A stretch of 63,474 bases of DNA. It comes from Candidatus Yonathbacteria bacterium RIFCSPLOWO2_01_FULL_47_33b. Its GTDB lineage: Bacteria; Patescibacteriota; Minisyncoccia; Phycocordibacterales; UBA1550. The position numbers were made by a program, and so were the translations under genes. The notes under the pieces were generated by a model. It worked only from the letters and a program-made list of their open reading frames with translations, did no database searches and was not told where the DNA came from. The stretch covers positions 1-63,474 of the forward strand of contig MHUW01000017.1 of assembly GCA_001823575.1 (NCBI GenBank), in the 5' to 3' direction. This document shows positions 9,202 to 17,938 of the stretch, in pieces (positions within the stretch are counted from its first letter, which is position 1; each line of letters starts with the position of its first letter).

Positions 9202-10745
9202 GTGGCGGAGTGGTCAATCGCAGCAGACTGTAAATTTGCCGGCTTCGGCCTTCGAAGGTTCGAATCCTTCCTTACGCACAGCTTAGAACGACTCGGTTTT
9301 TCCGAGAACGATAAGAACGGTTTTCTGGCTTCAATATTGAGTTTTTTGTCTGTGAGCACGAGGTTCGAACCGACTGCGCGGATGATTTGGCGTTTTCGTT
9401 GTTCATCTCCGTCCAAATACCAAGAAATGGCTCTATTGCTAAACGAAATCAACAATCGGGCGGGTTCGAACCACTGGTTTCCTTCTCGGGCTAGCTTCAT
9501 CCTGTCACGTATGCTCGCCTGCTCATCCTGAAGCATTTGGCGCTGGCGAATGAATTCAGTATCGTCAATGACATCACGAATCCGAAGCGTAGTGAGGTTG
9601 GCAATCGACCGAGTTGACTGTTGGTATGCGTCCTCAAGCGCTTGTAGTTGTTTTGCTTGCTCGTCTTTTCGGTGGTTAGCCGCAGTGTCAATTTCCCCAA
9701 GAGTCCATTGGTGAAGTTTCTCTGGAATGACGAGTTGGCGAAGCGCTTCTTTAAAAGCATCATCTAGCAAGATGGCGCTGAGCGATGGTTGACGGCAGCG
9801 GTAATCCAACCTGCGTTTCGAGCAGTGATAGTACATGTAGATGGTTCCGTACCGGTTAATCTTTTTTTCTGCGGTGACCATGAACCCGCATTCGCCGCAT
9901 CGAATAAGACCAGTAAATGGAAAACGATATTTCTTTGGAGCCGGTTTACCCCGTCGTTTGAGAAGCGTCTGTAGTCGCTTGAATTCATCGAGGGTGATAA
10001 TGGGTGGGTGAGCCCCTTGGTAGGTTTCATCGTTCCAGGCGATGCGACCTGCGTAAAATGGATTCTTGAGGATCAGATGAATAGCGCTGATTGTTAGGTA
10101 ATGACCTCCAAGCCGCTTTCTTTGAATGGTTCGCAAGCCCCAAGTGATCGTTTGTTCCCGAAGCTCTCGAAGTGAGTAATTCCCTGTTAGGGCAAGTTCA
10201 AATAGCCGTCGCATAAGCGGAAACCGCTCGGGGTCGGCAGTGATAGTTTTCGTGTTTTTGTCGTTAAGGTACCCAATGGGAGGCATATTGGGGAGCCAGC
10301 CACGTTGCAGCTTCGCCCGGTTACCCCGCTTTACGTTTTCGCTCAGATTGTCCACATAATATTTCGAGTAGCCGAAGATGATGGACAACATGAATTTGCC
10401 CTGCGAGTTATTCTCGAAGGAAAAATTTGCGAACTTGAGGTCTTTGAGCGCTTTCTGGTCGAGCAGGTAGATGATCCGCCCGCCGTCAATTGAGTTGCGT
10501 GCCAAGCGGTCAGGGTGCCAGCAGACGATTCCCTCGGCCTCGCCTCCCTCTATTCTTTTGAGCATCTCGTCAAAAAGTGCACGCCCTGGAGCTTTTGCGC
10601 TGTATGACTCCTCATAGATTCCGACAATTTCAATTTCTGGGTGTGCGCCGAATTTCCTCTCCAGTTCTTGCTTCTGGGATTCAATGGAAAGCACCTGCCG
10701 GTCTTCCGATTCGGTGGACTTGCGACAATAGAGGAAATATTTCAT
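9111..10745 (-). CDS. Large serine recombinase (integrase 1); the ORF reads through the island junction
   Basis: It begins MKYFLYCRKSTESEDRQVLSIESQ (resolvase catalytic Ser region). It has a recombinase domain, a zinc ribbon (CGECG...YYHCS) and a coiled coil. The last 55 codons are antisense to tRNA-Tyr and to the LAGLIDADG-like gene's 3' end. Confidence 0.85.
   Translation of the reverse strand: MKYFLYCRKSTESEDRQVLSIESQKQELERKFGAHPEIEIVGIYEESYSAKAPGRALFDEMLKRIEGGEAEGIVCWHPDRLARNSIDGGRIIYLLDQKALKDLKFANFSFENNSQGKFMLSIIFGYSKYYVDNLSENVKRGNRAKLQRGWLPNMPPIGYLNDKNTKTITADPERFPLMRRLFELALTGNYSLRELREQTITWGLRTIQRKRLGGHYLTISAIHLILKNPFYAGRIAWNDETYQGAHPPIITLDEFKRLQTLLKRRGKPAPKKYRFPFTGLIRCGECGFMVTAEKKINRYGTIYMYYHCSKRRLDYRCRQPSLSAILLDDAFKEALRQLVIPEKLHQWTLGEIDTAANHRKDEQAKQLQALEDAYQQSTRSIANLTTLRIRDVIDDTEFIRQRQMLQDEQASIRDRMKLAREGNQWFEPARLLISFSNRAISWYLDGDEQRKRQIIRAVGSNLVLTDKKLNIEARKPFLSFSEKPSRSKLCVRKDSNLRRPKPANLQSAAIDHSATYAYLILISPIHFLTTASSFLSEYLICIIP
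9196..9278 (+). tRNA. tRNA-Tyr (GTA), class II with long variable arm
   Basis: The sequence folds by hand. The acceptor stem is gcgtaag/cttacgc. The anticodon arm is gcaga-ctGTAaa-tttgc. The T arm is gaagg-ttcgaat-ccttc, and there is a long variable arm. Confidence 0.85.
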
Positions 10746-10855
10746 GGATGGGGTATGCCAAAAATGTAGCATGCCCACTGGATTTGTCACGCAGAGCTAA
10801 TTTGCCAGAGCGACATATTCTCAGGTCTCCTCAAGATGATTCCAGCACGTAAGCT

Positions 10856-12151
10856 GTGCCAATGGAAGAAAAGAAAACCAATCAGGGCATCCCCACCGTA
10901 TCCAAAGTGCTCCCCGATGGCAGCATCATCGAGCTCGTCTACACCCCCGAAGATCACAAAACCCACCTTGCCATATATCGCAAGGGCAGCTTTACCCTGG
11001 AAGAATCCGTCAACACCGGCAACGAACACCTCGTCCCCATATCTCCCGGAAACAATCTACTCAAGCATCGTGTGGTGCTACTCCCAGAACAGCCAGAGGA
11101 ATACGAATCGGTAGAAACCCTCCTCCAAGATATTCAAGCATATCTCTACCGTTACGTTGACCTCACCCCCGCATTCTCCCGCATCGCCAGTTGCTACATC
11201 CTCCTCACCTGGGTCTATGATGTCTTTAACGAGCTGCCGTACCTGCGGCTTCGTGGTGACTATGGCTCCGGCAAGACCCGTGCCCTCCTCATCATCGGAT
11301 CGGTATGCTACAAGCCGTTCTTCGCCAGCGGGGCAAGCACCGTTTCCCCAATCTTCCATACCCTCGACACCTTCCGAGGCACCCTCATCTTCGACGAGGC
11401 CGATTTCCGCTTTAGCGATGAGAAAGCTGAACTGGTAAAAATCTTCAACAACGGCAATGTACGAGGATTCCCGGTACTCCGCACCGCCATTACCCTGAAG
11501 CGAGAATTCGACCCCCGCGCCTTCTTGGTCTACGGCCCCAAGATCGTCGCCATGCGTAATTCTTTTGACGACCAGGCACTGGAGAGTCGCTTCATTACCG
11601 AAGAAATGGGGCAGAGAACCTTACGGAAGGACATCCCCATCAACTTACCGGAAATACAGAAAGAAGAAGCACAAACCTTGCGGAACAAGCTTCTCATGTA
11701 CCGCTTTCAAACACTGGAACACACCAAGATCAACAAGAACCTCATTGACCCAAGCGTATCGGCCAGGCTCAATCAAATCCTCATACCGCTCCTCTCCATC
11801 ATTGAAGATGAAGGAATCAAGGAAGAGATACGGCGGGCGGTAAGCGGAATGCAGGAAGAATTGCGGGTTGAGCGGAGTACCACACCAGAAGGCGAGCTCC
11901 TTGAACTCCTGGTAGAACTAACCACTGACACCAAAGAGGCATATATCCCACTCTCTGAGATCACCAACCTCTTCATTGAGCGGCATAGTGCCGACTATGA
12001 GCGCCCCATCACCAACCGCTATATCGGCCACTTGCTCCGCAAGCGCCTACGGCTTTCTACCTACAAGCGTCATGGAGTGTATGTGCTACCGCTTACTGAA
12101 CAAGGGAAAATTCTTGTGCTTGCGGAACGCTATGGAATCAAGAAGGATTAG
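10856..12151 (+). CDS. P-loop NTPase of unknown role (possible replication/partition function of the element)
   Basis: It has a Walker A motif (GDYGSGKT) and a Walker B-like motif (LIFDEAD). It is divergent from integrase 1. Confidence 0.45.
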   Translation: MPMEEKKTNQGIPTVSKVLPDGSIIELVYTPEDHKTHLAIYRKGSFTLEESVNTGNEHLVPISPGNNLLKHRVVLLPEQPEEYESVETLLQDIQAYLYRYVDLTPAFSRIASCYILLTWVYDVFNELPYLRLRGDYGSGKTRALLIIGSVCYKPFFASGASTVSPIFHTLDTFRGTLIFDEADFRFSDEKAELVKIFNNGNVRGFPVLRTAITLKREFDPRAFLVYGPKIVAMRNSFDDQALESRFITEEMGQRTLRKDIPINLPEIQKEEAQTLRNKLLMYRFQTLEHTKINKNLIDPSVSARLNQILIPLLSIIEDEGIKEEIRRAVSGMQEELRVERSTTPEGELLELLVELTTDTKEAYIPLSEITNLFIERHSADYERPITNRYIGHLLRKRLRLSTYKRHGVYVLPLTEQGKILVLAERYGIKKD

Positions 12152-12828
12152 TGAAGCCGACTTCGTTTCCGCGCCACACCGACGAGGCCGAGAAGACCAC
12201 TACCCAAGAGCCAAAAGGCTGGCGGTACGGGAGTGCTCGTCATTGTTGTCTGCGTGGTGCCAACGAGTGTTGTCTGGCTGGTGTTGATAGGGATCAAGTA
12301 CGTATCGACACCTTCGGCGATGAGCATTGACGCTGACCAGATGAAGGTGTTAGCAGTGGAACAATCACCCAAGAAAGCAAGGCATATGTTAGATGACATA
12401 ATATCCCATACTTGGGTGTTCAGTGCTGCAAGGGCGTTGCTGCCGTAAAACGATGCATAGGTTTGTATTGCAGAGTTAGGGAATTGCTCCATTGGGAAAT
12501 ACCCATGTAGCATATACCCCGCCCGTGCATACTGCGCCGGCGTAAATCGTACCGGCGCGCCTGCCATTACATCCGCATACGTGTAGATATGCAACGTTTG
12601 CACGTCGCCGACCGCCACGCGAGCATTGTAGTCAGCAGACATTACCAGGGTAGGCGTACCCAGGTTTGCCTCCAGAAGCCCTGCATATACCTCGGGATTG
12701 GCCGCAGGGTAGGGGGTTGATAAACCACCAGGGCCCGTAGCATATCCGTCATAGACGAGTGCTGCACGAGCAGAGCCAACGGATACCACAGCTACCACTG
12801 AAAGCAGCACTGCAACAAGTCGTTTCAT
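12148..12828 (-). CDS. Secreted protein with VPLPA/PEP-CTERM-type C-terminal sorting signal (paralog A)
   Basis: It has a signal peptide. The C-terminus is VPPAFWLLGSGLLGLVGVARKRSRLH (motif, TM helix, basic tail). The N-terminal half is homologous to 13618..14316. Confidence 0.7.
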   Translation of the reverse strand: MKRLVAVLLSVVAVVSVGSARAALVYDGYATGPGGLSTPYPAANPEVYAGLLEANLGTPTLVMSADYNARVAVGDVQTLHIYTYADVMAGAPVRFTPAQYARAGYMLHGYFPMEQFPNSAIQTYASFYGSNALAALNTQVWDIMSSNICLAFLGDCSTANTFIWSASMLIAEGVDTYLIPINTSQTTLVGTTQTTMTSTPVPPAFWLLGSGLLGLVGVARKRSRLH

Positions 12829-13133
12829 TTCTTTACTCCCCCATCCTTTTCATTATCTGAATTCCCATAGTTGCAACGTACCGAACCCCTGATGCACAGA
12901 ACGGGGGACCAAAAGGGAGCCCCCTTTGGCCAACGGTCACAATCGGAAATTCAAGAGCCCTGAGCGTTTGTTGTTTTTAGTCCAATACGACTAATTTAAA
13001 GCACATTTCATGCCCGAAAAATATATGCCATATTAAACAACAAGATCGAAATTTGTTGTTTAGAGGAATGTAAAATATTCCGACATCTTAAAGCAAGTTA
13101 CGCTCTTGCGCTGTGATGGATATGAACCATGCG

Positions 13134-13520
13134 CTAATAGACCGTCCCGGTTGGCCCCTTCCAACCTTTTTCAGTTTGTTCAAATGTGATGTCACCCTTC
13201 ACGATTTTCTTCTCACCCGCGCGATGTCCACCGCAGTCGCCTTCAATGAACTCAGCACACCCCATCCTTCTCGGGACGTCCTGGGCGTAAACTACTTCTG
13301 CCTCATAATCGATCTTGTACCACTTTACGCCAAATGTTTCGCCGGTCTGCCCATTAACCTTCTTGAAGGACTTGAGTAATGATTTGTTCATTAGGTCAAA
13401 CGGGTCTCTCTGGACGAATTCTCGTTTTGCGTCCCCTTCTGATGGATGGGAAATGGCCCCACACCCAAAGACCAAGACTGCAACTATCAAGTAGATTGAA
13501 TATCGTATCTTCTGCACCAT
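13134..13520 (-). CDS. Putative lipoprotein
   Basis: The signal peptide ends in the lipobox-like LVFGC. Confidence 0.45.
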   Translation of the reverse strand: MVQKIRYSIYLIVAVLVFGCGAISHPSEGDAKREFVQRDPFDLMNKSLLKSFKKVNGQTGETFGVKWYKIDYEAEVVYAQDVPRRMGCAEFIEGDCGGHRAGEKKIVKGDITFEQTEKGWKGPTGTVY

Positions 13521-13617
13521 GAGGCCCCCGTATATTTCCTAAATATGCTGATATTTTCTATCCGCCAGCCACTTTGCGGAAAAGGAAAGATTTTCGTACT
13601 TGACACGCGTTACGGGA

Positions 13618-14316
13618 TCAAGAAAGGGGAGTAACGCTCTTCCTTCTTTTCCGTGCCACACTCACGAGGCCGAGAAGGCCGCTTCCTAAGAGCCATGCGG
13701 CTGCGGGGAGGGGGACTGACGGGGCAATGGTGACGGTGCCGGAGGCGAGGGTGAGACCTTGGCTGGCGAGCGGGATGAGATACTCATCACGACCGGGACC
13801 GCCAGAAGCGACCGTCATCGTTTGGGACCAGTCGAAGAGGTCGAGATCAGAAGCACTCCAGGAAGAAGTTGCGGAGGTTATTTCCCACACGTTCGTATTT
13901 ACGAAAGCAAGTGTATCGCTGCCCTGCATTGTTGCCCATTGCCGTAGAGAGATGGAGACATGCTGCATAACCTGCGTAGGGAAATTAACGTCAAGAAGGT
14001 ATGCCGCCCGTGCATACTGCGCTGGTGTAAACCGTACCGGTGCGCCTGCTTGCACTTCGGCGTAGGTGTAGAGTGTTACCGGCCAGTATTCACCAAGATG
14101 CGAAAGAGTGTTGCGGTCGGCCGACATTACAAGAATCGGTGACCCACCGTAGTTCAGCTCAATCAACCCCGCGTACACTTCGGGATTAACCGTAGGGTAT
14201 GGAGTAGAAAGACCTCCGGGGCCCGTATCCCATCCGTCATAGACGAGTGCGGCACGGGTAGGGGTGGCAAAGACTGTTATAACGGCAAGTCCAAAAGCAG
14301 CGATCAAGTATCTCAT
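13618..14316 (-). CDS. Secreted protein with VPLPA-CTERM sorting signal (paralog B)
   Basis: The C-terminus is VPLPAAAWLLGSGLLGLVSVARKRRK. It shares AALVYDG..TGPGGLSTPYP..NPEVYAGL and GAPVRFTPAQYARA with 12148..12828. Confidence 0.7.
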   Translation of the reverse strand: MRYLIAAFGLAVITVFATPTRAALVYDGWDTGPGGLSTPYPTVNPEVYAGLIELNYGGSPILVMSADRNTLSHLGEYWPVTLYTYAEVQAGAPVRFTPAQYARAAYLLDVNFPTQVMQHVSISLRQWATMQGSDTLAFVNTNVWEITSATSSWSASDLDLFDWSQTMTVASGGPGRDEYLIPLASQGLTLASGTVTIAPSVPLPAAAWLLGSGLLGLVSVARKRRKSVTPLS

Positions 14317-14990
14317 GATGCTTTCCGCCCAGTAACTTCAAGCAACTTGTCCTTGATCGACTTGGCTATGAATTCTTCCATTTCCCGCCGACTTTTTTCC
14401 TGGCTTGCAGGATTACCGGTCACCACTGCCTTCATTTGTTGTTTCCAAATATCGCGCTTGAGGCTCGGGGAATAGATTTCTAGTGTGTAGGTCATGGAGG
14501 ATTCCGGCGCTTTCAGAGAGAAGAGCGCATTGCCTTCAAATCTCGACCCTTCAACTTCCATCACAAAGATCGCTTCTGTTTTTGTTCGCTCAGTAATCTT
14601 GGTATAGAACCTTCTCCGTTCTTCGTCGGTCATGGCCGGTGAAAGCCGCTCGTTCGTCCGAGATAAAACTTGATCGACTTCGTAGGGTGTTACCACCTCG
14701 TACAATCCGGCACTCTTGATCTCTTTGGCGAGGGTGCTCAATGTTTGTCCCTGAACGGGGTTTGCCATGATCGCAAGGCGCCTGAGTTTTGAAAGCGACC
14801 GCTTGTCCTCTTCTGAAAGTGAGGCGTCCAGAAATTCAACCCGCACTTCTCCCCCTGAGGTTGTCTGATGTATTTTGAGGCCCTGGTACGCCATGGCCGC
14901 TATGGGGACGGCGATGCACCCCTGGAGGGTGACGCAAAGCAAAGGAACCCCCAGGAGTGTGGCCAGTTTGGCTATCTCTCTCTTTTTCAT
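14313..14990 (-). CDS. Putative lipoprotein
   Basis: The internal start MKKREIAKLATLLGVPLLCVTLQGC has a lipobox. The upstream part of track ORF 14313..15323 overlaps a better small membrane-protein ORF. Confidence 0.5.
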   Translation of the reverse strand: MKKREIAKLATLLGVPLLCVTLQGCIAVPIAAMAYQGLKIHQTTSGGEVRVEFLDASLSEEDKRSLSKLRRLAIMANPVQGQTLSTLAKEIKSAGLYEVVTPYEVDQVLSRTNERLSPAMTDEERRRFYTKITERTKTEAIFVMEVEGSRFEGNALFSLKAPESSMTYTLEIYSPSLKRDIWKQQMKAVVTGNPASQEKSRREMEEFIAKSIKDKLLEVTGRKAS

Positions 14991-15001
14991 GTTCGCGCCC
15001 C

Positions 15002-15256
15002 TTATATCGCCAACACTTTCTTGTTTTGCCGATCCGCTGCCAGTGCTGCCCAGATGACGCAAACGGGCCACGTGAAGAGGAGTCCGAAGCCTAAGGTGAA
15101 CAGGCCGACGATGAGGGAAATGATGAGCATAATGACGCCGCCCGAGACGGTGGAGTACATCATGCCGAGCGGGCCGAAGAGGAAGGCCAAGATGACCGCC
15201 ACCATCGTGCTTTTCCCCGCACTCTGTACCACCACAATTTTCTGATCTGCTGCCAT
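15002..15256 (-). CDS. Small integral membrane protein (two TM helices)
   Basis: The start MAADQKIVVV is preceded by a GGGAGGGG-type RBS. It has two hydrophobic helices. Confidence 0.5.
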   Translation of the reverse strand: MAADQKIVVVQSAGKSTMVAVILAFLFGPLGMMYSTVSGGVIMLIISLIVGLFTLGFGLLFTWPVCVIWAALAADRQNKKVLAI

Positions 15257-15533
15257 GGTTACCCCTCCCTTTGGATATTGCTCCACACGGCGGATAGCCC
15301 GCCGCCTCTATCTTCGCCCCCACATGACGGTCAATTCTGAGTTCCTGTGCATTTGAGAATGCTTTTGTTAGGAACTAGCTCAACCCCGTAATTTCTAATA
15401 CTGAAATCGTTGCGTAACGGTGGTTCATAGCTCTGGGAATATCCCGTTGGGGTTAAATATACAGAGGTGAAAACAATAACGCAATCAATATTGTTTTCCT
15501 GTTGTTTTCTTTTACCAAGTCTAAACTCGCCGC

Positions 15534-15902
15534 ATGAACCGAAGATCAAAAGTTTCTCAGGCCGCTGTGGTCATTTCGCCGGGAGGTAAAGGCGACAAAG
15601 GGATCAGGATTGGTGAGACCCAAGGGCTTGTTGCCCCCATCCCCAAGAAAACCACAACGGTAACGCTCCGTTTGTCTGGGCCGTGGCATGTCCTCTGGCA
15701 GCGGCTCCGTGCCGCCGTGCCCGGTGTTTCCGATGCTGAACTCTTGCGCCAGGGGGTGGCGCTCCGCATGGCGCTTGCCGCCTTGGACGGCAAAGGCCAA
15801 AAACCCAAAGCCTTTATCCAGTATTACGATCAGGCGGGTAAGCTTCAGACGGTCGATCTTGAAGAGCATGTCGGTATCGAAGTGCCGGAAGAAAAGGGCT
15901 GA
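15534..15902 (+). CDS. Hypothetical protein
   Basis: This is a 122-aa ORF with island-like composition and no recognisable motif. Confidence 0.3.
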   Translation: MNRRSKVSQAAVVISPGGKGDKGIRIGETQGLVAPIPKKTTTVTLRLSGPWHVLWQRLRAAVPGVSDAELLRQGVALRMALAALDGKGQKPKAFIQYYDQAGKLQTVDLEEHVGIEVPEEKG

Positions 15903-16355
15903 AATTGACAGCAGAATATTCTTTGCCCACAATTAAATTGTGGTTAATACCGTGAAAGGAGGTTTGGGGAAGAGCGCTCACGGAGGGTGAGCATACGGGG
16001 CACGCCTCTACCTATGTCAATCGTTCCGCGCGGAACTGGTAATACACGATTGACATGGGAGTACGCATGAAGAAACCCCGATCACAGCTTGTCTTGTTGC
16101 AGTATCAGGTGGAACGGTTGCTTAGTCGTAAGAGTATGAAGTTTGGGTTCACGGCTTCGGTCACCGAAAAGCATGATGAGACCGAGGCCGTAGAGAAACA
16201 GTCGTCGTCCACAGAGTACACAATACCGTCTTTGCAGAAAAAGGATTGAATGAGATTTAAAGCACCCTGAAGTATCACCAGGGCTGGCTGCCAAAGTAAG
16301 AGCACCCAAAGTTGTGGTTCTAGAAGAACATATTCACCGATAGAAGGACATCCCT

Positions 16356-16385
16356 GGGCAGCGTGCGCACGCTGCCCATTTTTTT
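16356..16385 (+). terminator. Rho-independent terminator
   Basis: It has the hairpin gggcagcgtgcgcacgctgccc followed by attttttt. Confidence 0.6.
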
Positions 16386-16487
16386 GCTTGGTTAACAGAA
16401 TGCTCAATCATATTGCATCTCAAATAATTAAGATGGCATTATGGGTGCTTGGTTATTAAGTATGCTTACTAAATGAAGGGGGTGAAT

Positions 16488-16712
16488 ATGGACAATTATC
16501 ACATTACAAAAGATGGAGATAAGTGGAAATTTACAAAAGAGGGGAATGAGCGCCCCTCTAAAGCAGCCGACACAAAGCAAGAAATCGTTGAAAAAATGAA
16601 GGACTTCATGAGCGACAAGACTGGCTCGGTAAAAATTCACAAAGAAGATGGCAAGATTCAAGAAGAGCGTACTTATCAGCGGAAAAATGATCCTCGAAAG
16701 AGCAAGGGATAA
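16488..16712 (+). CDS. DUF2188-like small protein
   Basis: The sequence YHITKDGDKWKFTKEGNERPSKAADTKQEIVEKMKDFM...VKIHKEDGKIQEERTY fits the DUF2188 pattern. An RBS (aaggggg) lies upstream of the ATG at 16488. Confidence 0.55.
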   Translation: MDNYHITKDGDKWKFTKEGNERPSKAADTKQEIVEKMKDFMSDKTGSVKIHKEDGKIQEERTYQRKNDPRKSKG

Positions 16713-16744
16713 AACGGGATCGTCTTTACCAGAATACGTACTTC

Positions 16745-16878
16745 GGGGGACATGGGGACGTGGGGACGTTGAAAAGGGGTATCCACTGAGCAAGAGCCCC
16801 TTCTTTTCTGCCCATATTTCCCTTGGCTCCCGGCCACCTGACACCCTGTAGCGACGTCCCCACGTCCCCACATCCCCC
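16745..16878. repeat. 25-nt inverted repeat with tandem TGGGGACG octamers, arms separated by about 84 nt
   Basis: The left arm is gggggacatggggacgtggggacgt at 16745-16769. The right arm is acgtccccacgtccccacatccccc at 16854-16878. They match at 23/25, with a perfect 17-nt core. Confidence 0.85.
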
Positions 16879-16983
16879 GAATGTGCCCGAGAGGCATATT
16901 TTCACCACTACGAGTTTCGCTGGCTTTAGCTGACAATGGGGAAAGTTCTTGCAGACACTCTAAGCTCTCCGAGAACAATACTC

Positions 16984-17340
16984 ATGTCATCTATTCACTC
17001 ATACATCCGCACTCACCGGCGGAAATGGGCGCTCACCCAGAAGGACCTTGCATTTCTCCTGGGACGAAAAAGCTCTACGCACGTATCCCGTCTCGAACAA
17101 TCCAAGCGCACGCCGCACGTTGAGATCATCCTCGCGTGCGAAATCCTTTTCGGCATATCGTCCGGTCAACTTCTCCCCAAGCTCTATGAAGAAGTCGAGG
17201 AACAGGTTATGGCGCGTGCCAAAGAGCTTTACGAAAAGCTCGAAGGGGAGCGCAGCCACCCTGCTACCAGGAAGAAAGAGTTCCTTTCGACCGTTCTCAA
17301 GCGTGCAGTTACCAGACTTAATCAGACAGAAGGAGTATGA
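16984..17340 (+). CDS. XRE-family HTH transcriptional regulator
   Basis: It contains the classic XRE HTH LTQKDLAFLLGRKSSTHVSRLEQSKRTP. Confidence 0.7.
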   Translation: MSSIHSYIRTHRRKWALTQKDLAFLLGRKSSTHVSRLEQSKRTPHVEIILACEILFGISSGQLLPKLYEEVEEQVMARAKELYEKLEGERSHPATRKKEFLSTVLKRAVTRLNQTEGV

Positions 17341-17858
17341 ATCAGAAAACCAATCACAATCTTGTGCTCTCCGTATATCCTACCAGTCGCGGCTATGCCT
17401 TCGTGCTTTTTGAAGGCCCGCAAAGCCCATATGATTGGGGTGTAAAGGAGATCAGAAAGAAGAACAAGAACGAGCAGACATTGAAAAGCATCCATGCGCT
17501 CATTGAACGCTACCGCCCAGACTACCTCATCATTGAAGACCACACCGAGCACGGCTCGCGCCGGTCGTCACGGATTCGCAGACTTTATCGGATGATTGCC
17601 CACCTTGCTGAAACCGAACAGGTCGAACTGTTCCGCTATTCGCGGCGCACGGTACGGACATGCTTTGAACCTGTCGGCGCGCGCACCAAGTTTGAAATTG
17701 CTCAGGCTATTGCGCTCCAGATTCCAGCCTTTGCGCACCGGTTGCCACAGATGCGCAAAATCTGGATGAGTGAAGACCCGCGTCAGAGTTTATTTGATGC
17801 GGCGGCGTTGGGGGTAGTGTTCTATATACCGGCCCCACGCGGAAACCCTAGTTCATGA
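17337..17858 (+). CDS. RuvC-like/RNase H-fold protein (possibly inactive), overlapping the XRE gene by 4 nt
   Basis: The pattern VLSVYPTSRGYAFVLFEG ... DYLIIED ... LFDAAALGVV resembles the RuvC layout. The first catalytic Asp position is Tyr. Confidence 0.3.
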   Translation: MNQKTNHNLVLSVYPTSRGYAFVLFEGPQSPYDWGVKEIRKKNKNEQTLKSIHALIERYRPDYLIIEDHTEHGSRRSSRIRRLYRMIAHLAETEQVELFRYSRRTVRTCFEPVGARTKFEIAQAIALQIPAFAHRLPQMRKIWMSEDPRQSLFDAAALGVVFYIPAPRGNPSS

Positions 17859-17938
17859 GTGATCCTCCCCCCTATTGCAAAAAATTCAATGTGGTACTAC
17901 AATTGCGATAGACCTGAATACTTGAAAAAGGGGGCAAT

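Noticed and set aside
9255-9480. The motif GGTTCGAA(T/C)C appears three times, about 105 nt apart (9258, 9361, 9466). I considered whether these are serial tRNA T-arm/att remnants.
   Set aside because: The two inner copies lie in frame inside the integrase C-terminal domain (VGSNLVL and WFEPAR) and have no flanking tRNA-like sequence. They are most likely a coding coincidence.
14991-15323. This is the N-terminal 111-codon extension of track ORF 14313..15323.
   Set aside because: It is rich in R/H/G, is not protein-like, and overlaps a well-formed small membrane-protein ORF with a strong RBS. An internal Met gives a clean lipoprotein signal peptide.
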